A DNA stretch of 64,000 nucleotides from contig NW_003314302.1 in the NCBI RefSeq assembly GCF_000143415.4, forward strand, positions 644,736-708,735, given 5' to 3'. The DNA is from Selaginella moellendorffii. Lineage: Eukaryota; Plantae; Lycopodiophyta. The notes under the pieces are model-generated. The model was not told the origin of the DNA. It did no database searches and saw only the letters and a program-made list of their open reading frames with translations. Every line of letters starts with the position of its first letter. Positions within the stretch are counted from its first letter, which is position 1. A program made the position numbers and the translations under genes. Of this stretch, positions 37,879 to 51,549 are shown piece by piece.

Positions 37879-40800
37879 CTAGTACGAAGAGGCCGAGACC
37901 ATTTCAATTCTAGAGCAGCGTTCTTGTCGCATGGATCTGTGAAGAAGTAAAAGCGGAACTATCATCTTATCTGTGGGAGAAAGCTGCTGACGCTGGAGCC
38001 AGAGTGCTTCTTTAAGCTCTCCAACGATGATGCTCATGTCGGGCCTGTTGGAAGGATCGCTCTCGATGCACGAGTTCGCAGTATCTACCACTCTTTGCAT
38101 GGATTCCAAGTTGTACGTGTTCTCCAGCCTCAGGTCGACCACTTCTCTTGTTTTTCCGCTCTGGACGAGGGACCTGAACTGAGAAAAACAAGGAAAATAT
38201 TACTTCACCAGGACCGATGAGAAGGAAACAAGATTTTACCCAAACAATCAGAGTCAATCCTTGGTCCAGCAGTTCCGAGTCGAGTGGCCCCCGACCACAT
38301 ATCAGTTCGAGCAGCACTACCCCAAAACTGTAGACGTCGGACTTTTCTGAGAAACGATTCGTGGCGAAGTATCTGTGAGTGCAGTATAAACACGAGTGAC
38401 AAAGAGAGAAAGAACCATACTCTGGGTCGACATATCCAGGTGTTCCTTTGACTGAATTCGATATATCATCGTCGGGAGAGAGGAACTTGGAAATACCAAA
38501 ATCTCCGACTTTAGCCATCATTTTGTCGCTCAGCAGAATATTGCTACTCTTCAAATCTCTGTGCATGACCTGAGGTATGCAGCAAGTATGCAAATATTCA
38601 ACTCCTGCAGCAAAGCGAAATTCAGCTTACAGAGAAAAGAAACAAAAAGTTGAATTAATATACCTTGAGCGGCATCCAAAGCAATCGTAAGTCTTGTCTC
38701 CCACGTTAAACATGCCTGAGTTCCAGCATGGAGTTTTCCTTGTACAGTTCCTCCTGACATGTACTCAAAGACGACGATAAGGCTCAGAGATTCAACACAG
38801 TAGCCAATAAGAGAAACCAGGTTCTTGTGATGCACCCGTGAAAGTATCTCCACCTGTATCATCTTGTGTTATGACAGCAGACAAGCTTTGGAAACTCACC
38901 TCGTTTAAGAAAGCGTCACGTCTTTTTCTTAGTCGCTCATTCTCTTCAAAATACACCTTGGCAGCTATTTCTCGTCCATCAGAAAGAACACCGTAGTATA
39001 CCTTGGCGAATCCCCCTCTTCCCAATTCTTTCGAAAAGTTTTGCGTAGCTAGAATAAGCTCGTCGAGCCGAAAAATGGAACAAGGGTGCCGCGGAGTTTC
39101 GACAGGATCTAAAAGTAAAGAGATTACGTGAAGAAAATAAAAATTCTTGACATTCTTACCAAAACGTTTTTCAGCGGCAATGAATCTTCTCAAGAAACAA
39201 ATTAAGACTGTGATTGCAGAAAGGACAGGCAAGCCGACGGCAAGAGATATCCAAAGACTTCGTAAACGGTGCTTGTGTCTGGAGACACCAGTCGTTGCGG
39301 CATTGAAGCATGGAGAGTCTTCTAAGAGACAAGGATTACCAGAAGTGCTGCAAATTAAAGGATTTCAGTCAGAAAATAGTGCGAAGCACATCAGCAGCTT
39401 ACTTCATGAACATATTCGTGTTGGCCACGGATGGTTTGGGGCCACTGAAGTTGTTGTCCTGTAAGTACCTGCAAACGGTCTCCATCCAGTTAATCCATGC
39501 CAGAAAATGCTTAACATACTCACAGCATTTGAAGATTAGGAAGGCTAGTGATGCTTGCTGGAATCAGTCCGCTTAAGCTATTACTGTGAAGGTCCCTGTG
39601 TGTCAAACATTACGGAACAGTGCTTACAGAATATCCAAACTTACAAAAGAGTCAAGTTCTTAAGTGCGCTTAAATCAGGCAAACCACCGGTTAAATGATT
39701 TCCATCGAGTCGTCTGCAATAAATCTATGTAAGAGAGCGCAAAAGATCCACGCTTACATGATATTGAGCTCAGTGAGACGTGAAAGTCCGTTCGGTATAG
39801 TTCCTTGGAGTTTCATATTTGACAAAGTCCTCCATGACAAGAATTTTAGAGATCAAAGCAAACAAAATAAGGAAACTTACAGTGCATTGATTCTTGGAGG
39901 ACTTCCATTGTCGCAGTTGATCCAATCCCATTTGTACCGCGATGGTAAACATGGATCTCCGGCCCCTTCGAGATTAAATGTCTCTTTCACATTTGACAAT
40001 GCCGCCGCTACAAGGAAAACAAATCAAGCAATGAGCCAAGAGAATTTACAGTACCGTCTGATGCAAAAGTCCCGACGCTTAAACCATCCAAAACTGTGTA
40101 CACCTCGAGAGCGCTGAGAAACGGCAGCAGTGTCGATCGTTGGGTTGGAATAAGTTTCACTCTCACGGGCCCGTAAAATGTTCGATTGTAGTCATGGAGC
40201 TCGAGTGCAATGTAAGCTCCTCCCGCTTGATTTGCCACATTTACTGACTGAAAGACTGGAGTGTTGTTCAGCGAGGTGCCGCTTAAAATGATGTCAAACT
40301 CTCTTAAATCTCCAGAATTCATACTTGTCACCTCCGCAAAGTAAAGTATGATGCAGTATTTCCGCCCCGAAGATATCTCAGGAAATGGAAGGAAGTATGA
40401 AAAGTCGGACGAACTGTTGACAGGCTTCGTTCTAGCAGTTTGCATAACTGCAAGAGGAGCCTGTTCTGGCGACGATCCAAGAGCTACCGGATTTTGAGTG
40501 ACTAGCCTGGGATAATCTTCGTCACCAAAGTCGGACGTCCAAATGCGATCATACGTATCATCAGGAAGTCTACAGAAAGTTCAAGCATCACCAACATGCA
40601 AATCAAGACAAAGGGAAGAAAACCATACCTGATACTCGTCGGGGACAAAGATCCAATGTCCAGCCTTTGAAACAGGAGAAGAGCACGATCCAGAGACAGT
40701 GCCTCGTACATGGTTGCTTCCAGGTGCCTCAGTTCCAAGGAGGAAATGAATGGAACGTTCCCAGCGGCACTAGCAGCAAGGCACACGCTCAAGCTGTTGC

Positions 40801-41276
40801 TCGTCGCAACCGCGAGAATTTCGCTGCTCGTTGCCTTGTCCAAACTCGTTGTCAAGGCAGTCCAGTGGCTCGCCTGGAGATAGAGGTCAAAGCTTGGCGG
40901 CTTTCTCTTTCCATCGTAGTCTCCATAGAAGAACGTTGCTCGGACGAGATACTTGTTGCCCAGCACCACTGGAACCTCGTAGCAACTCTTCTCATCGTAT
41001 CCATCCGGGAAATATCGCAGCGATCCCAGCTCCTGAGAAGAATTCGCAATGGAAACTCTCGCGACGGCACCAGTGGAGGTGAATCCGGCATCGCGCACCC
41101 ACGCCTGGCCTCGAGAATCAGTGAAACCGATCGCGCCGCCGCAATCGATGTTGATATACCCTTGGAAAAGACGATCTTGAGAAGAAATGCCTGGAGAGAG
41201 GAGAGAGCTTACTCGCATCGTGCGCCAGGACGAGACCGCCGATGAGGAGGATCGTGATCCGCAGCGCCAGCGCCAT
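37879..41276 (-). CDS. Malectin-like LRR receptor kinase (LRR-I type), multi-exon
   Basis: Signal exon [21 protein letters not shown]; [21 protein letters not shown]; FAEV; GDPCLP..WDW; LRR exons; TM; [33 protein letters not shown]. Confidence 0.93.
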
Positions 41277-41450
41277 TGGCCGGCCTGCATTCCTCGCGAG
41301 AATGTTTCATCGCTCGCGGATGACTTGTTCTTGCCAGTGACGTCAAACGGGCCACGCGTAAACCCTAAAACCAGAGGACTATCGAATATACTAGGTTTTA
41401 AATAGAATAATCTCGGAAAAAGAAGGGTGTGATCGCCCCTTTAGGTTACA

Positions 41451-42849
41451 ATGAAGGCTCTGCTATGGATTTTGTTACTAATGGCGCTTGCCCGGCCTCT
41501 ACGATCGCTAGGTTTTCTTCCTCCTCTCTCTCCCTCCTTCATCGATTGATTGGTGTTACAGACATTGCGGAGCTCGGCAAGGCGCTGGAATCGGCGGCAG
41601 GGCTTGCGGTGGCGTCGCAGCGTGTTCTTCTGCAAGAAATTGGCCAGGCGCTTGCGGATGGAGGGCGATGCAATGCCTTTGGCGGCAGGGATTCGTGTGT
41701 GCAAGTGGACACCGCTGGCACTCCATTTGCTCGCATTTGTGACTTGGAATCCAGCAGTGTGACGGATTGTGCTTTCAGGTATGAGGCCTTTGGGGCGGTT
41801 TCTAGAAATCCTCTCGAAGGAATCGACAAAGAAGGTAGGATAATTCTTTTTTGGTGGAGTGTTTGAATGTAATGTTGTGATTGTCTAGGCTATTCCAGCT
41901 GCTCGGAGTGTGCCACAGCTTTACAGGAATTTTGGTGTGGTCTGGCGCTTCCATCTTGCGGAACTTTCGATCATGTTGTGGATGAACTTCTTGTAAGTTT
42001 TTTACACCTTTGTTACGATAGTTTTTCTGATTGTTTCGCAGCCTTTTGTAGCTTCTGTCGCAGCCAAAGATTCGTCCGCTCTTGCAGCACTTCAAGCATC
42101 GGTTCCTAGAGTTTTCAAGGCCGCTGGGCTTGGTTTTCCATGCAGGAGGATGTGCGAGGCAATCACGAACACTTGCAGATGTGGACGCTCTCAAACGTTT
42201 GGAGAGGTTGGTTTTGCGCATTTTCCTTACGACGAATCTCTCATGACTCGTGTGATTTACGTTTGCCAGGTCGTGGCAGCGCTAGAAAAATCCTCAAAAC
42301 GGGTCGCCTTCAATATGACCATCTCAGTGTCTAGTGCCAAGGAGATTTTTCGTGGAATATGGCACAAGCCAGTGTGCGAGCTTTTCTCGGAAGAAGACAC
42401 CCCCGGTTTCCATGGACCGTGCCACCACTCGATGGACAGCACCAAATGCGATTGGTGCCATGGAAGATCACAACCTGCCTCGATCTTCTACGAGCAAATT
42501 GTCATTCAGCTCTCGCAAATGTTTTATGGAATGATGGAGGTATGCAAAACATACAATTCGTTCCCGATTGACACTCGTGGTTTTCCAGAACGGACTTCAC
42601 CCTGTACTCAACATTGCCGCTGGTCCCAAAGGAAAAGGAGTTCTTCCGGAAAACTGGGCAGAGAGCTTGTCCCAAGGCGCTTCCAAAGCCAGCCAGGCTC
42701 GTCACGCAGGTGTGGTGCTGCTCCTGTTACTACTACTCGTTTTAGCAGTAGGGGCATTCCTGGCGGCCGTCAAGTCTCACAGGCACAGACAGGTACCGAC
42801 GCAGTACATTGATCTCCACAGTTTGGGCTACACTCCACCGGTGCTCTAG
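41451..42849 (+). CDS. Type-I membrane protein with Frizzled/Mid1-like cysteine-rich ectodomain, 377 aa; exons 41451-41511, 41562-41834, 41889-41992, 42042-42206, 42270-42539, 42589-42849
   Basis: Five GT..AG introns of 49-63 nt, all in phase. Signal peptide MKALLWILLLMALARPLRS; CATALQEFWCGLALPSC and PCRRMCEAITNTC; TM GVVLLLLLLLVLAVGAFLAAV; short tail. Confidence 0.78.
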
Positions 42850-43356
42850 GCTGTGTTGCTGACGAGCTTTGGAGTTTGTATAGTACTCAGGTTGGAATCC
42901 AAAGCAAGTGTTGGCTAGCCGGATCGAAAACAGCGCTCACAGCTTAAGCTCAACACAAGGCATGGTTTGAAGCATTTGCACGAACTATCGATCGCCATCT
43001 ATACGAGACAGCACCATTTCTCCGGCTTGGCCGCAAGATGGCAAACCTCGACGGTTGCCTCCCACCATCGTCATCTTGCCGAAAGTATCGATCCAAAGAT
43101 ATGCCCGTGTTGGGCATCAAAGTATTCGCCACCGAATCTTGAGTATATATCTCAAGCAATCAAACCTTTGGAAACCATTCTTTTTCCGTTCCATATCTTT
43201 CTCGGGCATCGTGTTACAGCCTCCTGGTATCATACCTCGAGTGGGCATGCTCTAGATCTTAGCAACTATTTTATCATATAAGCTCAATCCTCATGTACGT
43301 CATGTATAATAGATTTTTATATGCCCTCTCTTTTCCACTCATTCATCACTGTTGAA

Positions 43357-43437
43357 CCTTCCTTCCTTCCCCCCCCTTGACTGACTGTCTGACTGACTTA
43401 CTGACTGACTTACTTACTTACTTACTTACTTACTTAC
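43357..43437. repeat. Compound tetranucleotide microsatellite (cctt)(ctga)(ctta)
   Basis: Directly visible. Confidence 0.9.
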
Positions 43438-43550
43438 GACGGCCAAGTTTCACCAAAATCTATCAACATTACTCAAGGGATCGTTTTTCAGCTCTATAAA
43501 GATAAGATAGAACTCAATCCATTTCACGATCACATTGACTTTGGTGGAAA

Positions 43551-43558
43551 TATAAATA
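43551..43558 (+). promoter_or_regulatory. TATA box of the PLAT gene
   Basis: TATAAATA about 70 nt upstream of the ATG at 43626. Confidence 0.6.
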
Positions 43559-43625
43559 CAGCTCCAAATCTAACTCAAACTATCATCACCTCCCTTGCGC
43601 TCTTCTTCACCAGTGAAGCTAAAAA

Positions 43626-44090
43626 ATGGGACTCAAGCTGGAGGCGTGCGTTGATCTTCACTGCAACCCAAGCTCAGGTCCGGTGTTCTTGCGGATTCCT
43701 CTCTTTGATATTTGCCTTTCTCCCTGATTGCAGCAATGCAGCTACAAGCTGGAGGCGAAAACCTTGGATGCAACTTTCGCAGGCACCGATGCCACAGTAG
43801 ACATGTTCTTGCTCAACGCAAATGGCAACGGCTACTCGTTCTACGACTTGGATGGCCCCGGAGATGACTTTGAGCGTGACGCCCTTAACACTTTCACAAG
43901 AACTGCCGGATGTTTCAGTAACTTCTGCAAATTGGATGTGCACCTGGGAGGCGATCTTGTTGATGTTCTGGGCTGGGGCCTCCAGTACGTGATCGTCACA
44001 GCCACGGGCCCTGGCGTGAGCAAGAGCGTAAGGTTCGACTACAATAGCTTCATAGCCAATGGCGCCACCGTCAGAATCAGCAAATGCTAG
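43626..44090 (+). CDS. PLAT/LH2-domain small protein; exon 1 apparently frameshifted
   Basis: CSYKL...AGTDATV...DDFERDALNTF...C....CKL...GWGLQYV. Intron 43678-43733. Confidence 0.75.
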
Positions 44091-44457
44091 AGAGAGATCA
44101 TGCCTTCTTTCGTAGCGCCTTTGTGGTGGCCTTTTCTTTGCACCAATAAGAGCTCCAAATCACATGGTTATGGTGTTTCATTCGCCTGCATGAACATAGA
44201 AATCTCGACGTAGCTGTCCACCATGAGAGTTGTCATGACATGGCGAGCGAAAATGCAAGAATTCCAACTTGTCCCCGAATCTTTTCTAGCCGCGGCGACA
44301 AAGTCCGGCCAGCCTACACGAACCGGAGACAATGTATGGCAAAGCTAAAAGCAACTACAAAGTAGCTCAGATCTTCCCGCTCCAGCATGATACTCGTTAC
44401 CCAACCTCAGCATTCACCTCGTGGCTTGATTGTTTAGTCTATCACTTCGCCAAAGAG

Positions 44458-44793
44458 CTTGTAGAGCAGCTCTTCCTCTTGCAAATACCAGGCTCTCTCT
44501 TTGCACGATTCGTTTGCTGCCCATGTGAAGTCCATCTTCACTCCTTCATTCACCCACGGCTGATCTCCAAGCATCTCTACACCACACCCAAGCGCTATAG
44601 ATCTTCTCTCGAAAGTCTAGTTAGCCCTTAACCTAATCTCATTATATACTGCTAAGACACCTTTTCCTAGATGATAATATTCTTTTTACCTTCTCCTTTA
44701 CAAATATACTTGTGTTTAAGTTTTTTTGTAGGGATGGAGATGGTGCCAAGAAACTGACCTTATATCTAAAATCAATCAAAGAGGGTCATTACT
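44458..44793 (+). repeat. Segmental duplicate of 56803-57132
   Basis: Near-identical about 330 bp (cttgtagagcagctcttcc...atcaatcaaagagg.tcattacta). Confidence 0.9.
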
Positions 44794-47700
44794 ACTGGCA
44801 AATCTTTGATCAACTTCGCTGACCTTTTGGCTGGGACCTTTAATGAACCTTGCAAACTTATATACCTGGATGTCTGGAAAGGTGCTCAGCAGACTTCTGT
44901 ACAGCAGCGAGTCACACTGTGAGACGTTCCTGGCTCCAGTACCAAGGGCTGGATCTCCATAGCCCAGTAGCAATTGGAGCTGAGACTATGGTAAAGAAAA
45001 TCACTTTTTGGACATTTTATAACAAAAAATAATAACATTAATAAAACAGATGAGATTATGTATACTATTTATAAAAAGTTTAAGTATTATATTAAGTTGA
45101 ATAGTCTGTTACCCTTGATTGCTTTTTGTCTCTTGTTCTTAGAGGAACATCAGTGAGCGTGTTTTGCGAATGATTTGGCCACTAAAACAACGTGAAATAT
45201 GTTTTGATAAGCAACTTTGGTTCAATTTCATTGTTTCTATCCTAGTGATTGTTTTCACATTTATTTTGTAGGCCCAGGATCAGGAGCTTGGCGAGGAGGT
45301 CAGAAGCTCGGTTGTGTATTAAATAACATATTCTGATTGTAGTTTTGAACTGTTTCTCGAAGTGATTCCGAGGATGAAGCAGGATGAACTTGACGTTAAG
45401 TTCCAAACACATAAGTAGATCCCAAGCTCAATAAGCAACAGAAAGAGGCCCTCAAAGCCCAGTTCTGCCTTAGAATGCTGGTTCTGCCCAAGTTGAGATG
45501 CAGAGAACATTTCTGCTGGACACTATGATAGAATGTATTTGGCAGTCTTTGGTGGTCGATACTACACTTACAGCATCCTTGATGTGCATGCTGAAGTGCA
45601 TGTTTGGAACAACGAGATCAACTACAGCTCATACAAAGGTATTGAGCACTATATGTTCTATATTTCGCCAACTCGCAGTACATTTTTTATCTGTTTAGAA
45701 TTGTGCAAAGAGCAAGGTGTGCCTCTGGACGAATCAGTGTTGACTGCACATATGCAAGGTGACCTCCTTGAGCTGCAGAATGGCCGGCCTTGAAATGCAA
45801 ACAGTACCGAATGACAAATACTTGATTGGAGATTTCTCTACGTAGAGGATGAAGTACATGGACTGTCATTGTCTGGTGCTGATTGAATGTTTCAGTGGTA
45901 AGGCACAATTTAACAGCGCAAAGTTTTTTACCATTCAATGGTTTGGTGACTTCTGTGGATCCTTGAACCCTACTGAAGAGGTGTGGATACTCCTATTCAC
46001 TAGATATCTATTACTAATGAGAAAAAAAAAGGGGGAAAGGGCCTGATCTCCAGGGGGTGAGAGAGAAAGATGAGTGAATGACTTTGCTGAGGAAGCGTCA
46101 AAGTTCTTTCTGATTCTTTAGCAGTTTGAGTTTGGAGATGATGTCGACTTTGTCCTTGTCGATGAGAATGCCATCTTTGCAGACAATGTGGCCGAGAAGT
46201 ATTCCAGATTTGACGAAGAAAGCACATTTTTCGGGGTTGAGTGCTATGTTATTCTCCTCGCACTTATCAAGGCATTTCTCAAGACATTTGAGATGTTGAT
46301 CTTCCGAGCTGAAAATGCTGAAGTCGTCCATGAAGATTCTCATGAAGTCGGTGAGATAGTCTCGAAAAGTGTTGGTGATAAGCCTTTGGAAGGTGAATGG
46401 GGCATTGCAGAGTCCGAAAGGCATTCGTTGGTAAGCATAGGCTCCCCATAGACTGATGAATACTGTCTTATGCTGATCTTCTTTGGCGGTGTGGATTTGG
46501 TTATAGCTAGAGAAATCATCGAGGAAGGAGTACATCTCGTGTCCGGCGACTGCGTCAAGAATTTCGTCGGTAAATGGTATCGGGAAGACATCTTTTTCGG
46601 TGGCATTGTTGAGCTGTTTATAGTTGACACAGATTCGAAACTTGCCATTTTTCTTCAGTACAATCACCAGTGGTAAAAGCCAGATTAGATTCTGAATCAG
46701 GTAGATGTACTCGACTTGGAGAAGCTTATCAAGTTCTTTCTTAACTTGTTCCATCAGATTCAGATTCATCTGGTAGGCTGCTTGTCTTCTCGGTCTTGAG
46801 TCCGGGAGAAGGGTGATGGTGTGAAGGCTGAGTTTCAGCGAAACTCCCTTAAGGTCTTGGTAACTCCAAGTGAACAAATATTTCTTCTTCAGAGAAGTTT
46901 GATGCCTTTGTCTCGAAAACTTGCTGAGATGTCGGTGGCAAGTACAATGTAGTGTTTGTTGCTGTTGTCAGCGAGGCTGAGTTTTTCAAGTTTTTGGTTG
47001 GCTGGAATTGTCGGAATGTAGGCGACTTTGTTTTGGTTGTCAACTGTGAATGCCGGTGGTGCTTCAAGTTTCGTATCTCAAGTGACTGGATTTTTCCGTG
47101 CTGATGTAATTGGCAGTCGTTCTTGGTGGAAGTCAGCGAAAATTCAGAACAGGTTGATCTCGGTAAAAGGTTCGAGATTGGGGTAGGCTTTGAGGATTTG
47201 TTGTTCTTCATAGTCGTTGAGGCCATATTTGAGATTATATTCTTCCAAATCAATAGGTCAGTTTTGGCTGGATAGCAATTAGGTCGCTTTTGTTGACACG
47301 GTTATTGGTCCATCTGGTCCTTGAAGGATGAGATTGTTGTTCAGCCAGTCCTGATAAACGTGGGCACTTCAGAGCCAAGGTCGACTGATGAGAATCGAGT
47401 ATCCATCGGTCTGCTCCGGTAGTTTGAGGATGACATAGTTGACTGGTATATCGACACCTTGAATGCTGGTGTTGATGTTTCAGATAATGCCTTCGGGTTG
47501 AATAGATTGGTGGTCGGCCATTCGGACATTGAAAGGTGCCAGGTGGACTGGGTTGATGTTGAGTTGTTGAGCGAGACTTTCTTCAATAATATTGACGCTG
47601 GAGCTACTGTCAATTATGTCAGGAATCCCCCTATTCTTGCCACATTCCTGACTCTCGCCAGATTCCTGACTTGCAGACCATATTCCTGACTCTCAAGACA

Positions 47701-48667
47701 CTTCCCTATTCCTGACTCTCTGATTTCCTGTACAATTCCTAAGTCTCGAGCCACATTCCTGATGATGATGTGGTGCCTCTTCGACCTCAGCTATATTTAG
47801 GCCGTCCTTGATCCAAGAGTGGTGGAGCTTCATCAACCTATAGTATATATAGGTTAGCCTTGTTCCATTTCCCCACAATCTGAATCAACGCTAGTCTAAG
47901 GCTTCTTCTTTGTTTCCACTAGCTTTTCTCTTTGTCTTTTGCATTTTCTAGTCTTGATCTTGTTGGGGGTCTTGACAGTTTGATTTAAATTGTGTTTTCT
48001 CGTTTTTTGCTTTAGCTCGTTTTGATTGTTTGACTACCTTTGCCTTTTGTCCCCCTTTTTCTTTCTTCTTGCCGAGTCTCCAAGCCATCCTGATTTCTTT
48101 GCTGAAGTCCTTGCAAAAATCCAGTCTGAGAATACCAAGCTGAAGGCGACCCTTCTTCACATGCAATAGGAGCTCGCTTCACTTTTGGCTCAAGGATCCA
48201 GCAAAGTTCCTAAACCAAAGGTGAGTTTCTTGGTGAAATTTTCAGGCAAGTGTCCTGAGCTTCGCGGATTCCTGAACCAGATGGAGCTGATCTTCACACT
48301 TCAACATCGGCAGTACCCCACTCCCGAGTCTCAAATTGGCACAATTGGGACATTGCTCGAAGGTGCAGCTTTGTCATGGTTTTCTCCTCTTCTAGAGAAG
48401 AGCATGAAAGGGGTCATGGTTCCGAAGCTGATGGATCTTCAATTGTTCAAAGAAAAACTTGAAGCATGTTTTGGCGAGACGGATCGGGTTCGGGCTGCTA
48501 CCACAAAGATGAGACGTCTCTCTCAGGGGTCTCATCTTGCCTTGATCTACACTGCAGAGTTCCAACTTCTTGCTTTGAACACTTAGTGGGATGAGCGGGC
48601 TCTAATTGACCAATTTCGTTTCGGCCTCAACAACAGTGTCAAGGATTTCACCATGGAGGATCCCAAG

Positions 48668-48829
48668 TGTAGCGTATGTGATCATGGGATGAGATTTGGA
48701 TATACTGTCACCGTGGATCCTTGGAACCTTGGGGGATAAATAGGGATAAAATAGCCACTAAGGGCTCTCTCATTAAGCAATTGCCCCTTTTCCAGTTGGC
48801 TTAAGGGGAGAGAGATAAGGTGCGCTACA
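48668..48829 (+). mobile_element. Solo LTR (162 bp) of TRIM family C, TSD CCAAG
   Basis: TGTAGC..GCTACA flanked by ccaag on both sides. Confidence 0.95.
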
Positions 48830-51549
48830 CCAAGGACCTGTTAGATGCCATCAACAAAGCTATTCGATATGACAATTGTCTCTTTGAACGTTGTCAGGAA
48901 AGTCGCCGCACCGCTGTTTTTCCATCCCAGACTCAGAAATCCCAGCTTGAGTTTTTGGGGCATACTCCTGAACCTACTGCTCCAGTCCTGATGGATATTT
49001 CTGGTACTCCCTGACTCATTAGAGGGAAGTTGATTCCTACTGAGAAGCAACATTTGAATATCTCATAATCTTTGCCTTTACTGTGCTGATCCTAATCACA
49101 AAGTAGCTGTGTGTCCCAAAAAGCCTCCCCAACTGCTCGAGTTCACTCTGCCTCAAAATCCACCTCTGTTACAGTCAAGAAATGACCTTGTCCAAATAGA
49201 GTAGGAGCTGTCTGTTTGGACTCCCTGAATAAAAATCACTTTTCTTATTTATCAAGCTCCTCACCACCTTTCATCAAAGCCACCACCAATTCCCACAACT
49301 TCCATGTCCCATGTCTCCTTTCTTTCACCGGATAATCAAGACTCAAGGCTTTGGCGCTACTAGACTCGGGTGCAACTTCCTGCTTCATGGACATGGACTT
49401 TGCTGCCAGACATCACATTCCTTTTTTTCCTACCATACGGGATCTGAGGGTTGAAGGCATCGGCGGGCATTTTGTGTCTCCATCTTCTGGACTTAGGGAA
49501 ACTTTACCCGTTCGAGTAACATCAGATCCACCGTCACCGATATTGCCTTCAACATCATCAACAACAAATCCTCCTCTGTGGTGCTCGGTCTTCCTTGGTT
49601 CCAACTATATCAGCCTCAGATCTGTTGGAAGGAATTATAGCTCATCTCTCCCACATCACCATCTCCCACGGCTTCCCCTACTATTCATCGAGTCCGAATC
49701 AGGAAAAGTTCCCTAAACTCAAATCGGGGTTCTATTCCTGACTCTACGAAGTTTTCACCCTCTTCTTTTTCCTCTCTTCCATCTTACGCTAGACAGTATC
49801 CTCGTCTCATCATTCCATTTAGTCGTATGCCTCCTCCTATCTCCACAATCACTATGAAAGAACTCCTTCATGAAGAATCTATTTTCCTTTTTGCTTTGCA
49901 TGTTTCTCCTATCAGTCTTCCTAAGAAGTATCATGATTTTGGGGATGTGTTTGACAAGAAAAAAGCTAGTGTACTGCATATTCATCAGCCTTATGATTGT
50001 CCCATTGATTTACAGGAAGGAGCATCACCTCCGTGGGGGCCTATCTACGGGTTATCCCCGTCCGAGCTTAAGGCCCTCAAAGACTACGTGGATGAGAACC
50101 TTGCCTCGGGGTACATTCAGCATTCGCAGTCCCCAGCTGGAGCACCTGTCTTCTTTGTTAAGAAGAAGGATGGGAGTTTGCGGCTAGTCATCGACTACCG
50201 AGGTTTGAACAAAGTGACTGTTCGGAACCGTTATCGGCTGCCCCTGATCTCGGACCTGTTGGAACGCCTCGGTGGTGCCCGCTTCTTCACCAAGATTGAC
50301 CTCCGTGGAGCATACAACCTGATCCGGATCCAGCCTGGTGATGAATGGAAGACTACGTTCCGAACCTGCTATGGCCACTTCGAGTACATTGTCATGCCAT
50401 TTGGCTTGACAAATGCTCTAGTAGTTTTCCAACATATGGCGAACGACGTCTTTTGGGAGTTTTTTGATCAGATGGTGATTGTCTACCTCGATGATATCCT
50501 CATGTACTCAAAAACTCAGGAGGAGCACAACGAAAATGTACGCAAGGTACTGGTGAAGCTGCAAGAACACAGCCTATATGCGAAGCTTGAGAAATGTTCC
50601 TTCGATCAGCATTCTGTGGAGTTCCTTGGGTATATTGTCACTCCTAAGGGTATCACGATGGATCCTACCAAAGTCAAGATTATTCTCGAATGGAAGCCTC
50701 CACAATCAATGTCGGACGTTCAAGTTTTCCTTGGCTTTGTCAATTTTTACCGCAAATTCATTGATCACTACTCTGACATTGTCCTTCCTCTCACGCATCT
50801 CACTCGCAATGATGTTCCCTTCTCTTAGTCTGCTGCTGCCCAGTAGGCCTTCGACACACTCAAGGTGGCCTTCAGTTCTGCTCCCGTCTTGATCCACGCT
50901 GATCCCTCACAACCTTTCTTCATCGAGGCTGACGCCTCCGACTTTGCCATCAGTGCTGTGTTGTCTCAACTTGGAGCGGATCAAGAACTTCATCTGGTCA
51001 CTTTCCATTCTTGGAAATTCCAGCCTGCGGAGATCAATTACGAAATCCACGACAAGGAGCTCCTTGCCATTGTGGATTCCTTTGGAGAGTGGCACCATTT
51101 CTTAGAGGGGGCAGGCCATCAAACAACAGTCTGGACGGATCACAAAAATGTTGAGTACTTTGCCACTTCCCGAGTTTTGAGCTGTTGTCAAGCAAGGTGG
51201 GCACAATTCCTGAATCAGTTTGACTTTGTTATCAAGTACAGACCTGGAAAGCATCAAGGCCTTCCTGATGCTCTTTCAAGGCGCTCCTATCTCAGTCTCA
51301 GGCCTAGTAATCCTGCCTTCGATCAACAGGATCAAGTTATCCTCGATCCTGATTAGCTTCAAATTATGGCAATTTCCCTGGCCCCTCAGAACTCCTCCTT
51401 GATGGATGCAATCAGAAACGATCTTCAATCCGATGATCTTGCCAGTGACATTTTCCCCCATCTTCAGGCTGGACACCCAGTGACTCCCGACTGCCGGCGA
51501 TTTGATGAGTTTGAGTTCTTAGATGGCTTATTGTACCGTGGGGAGTAGC

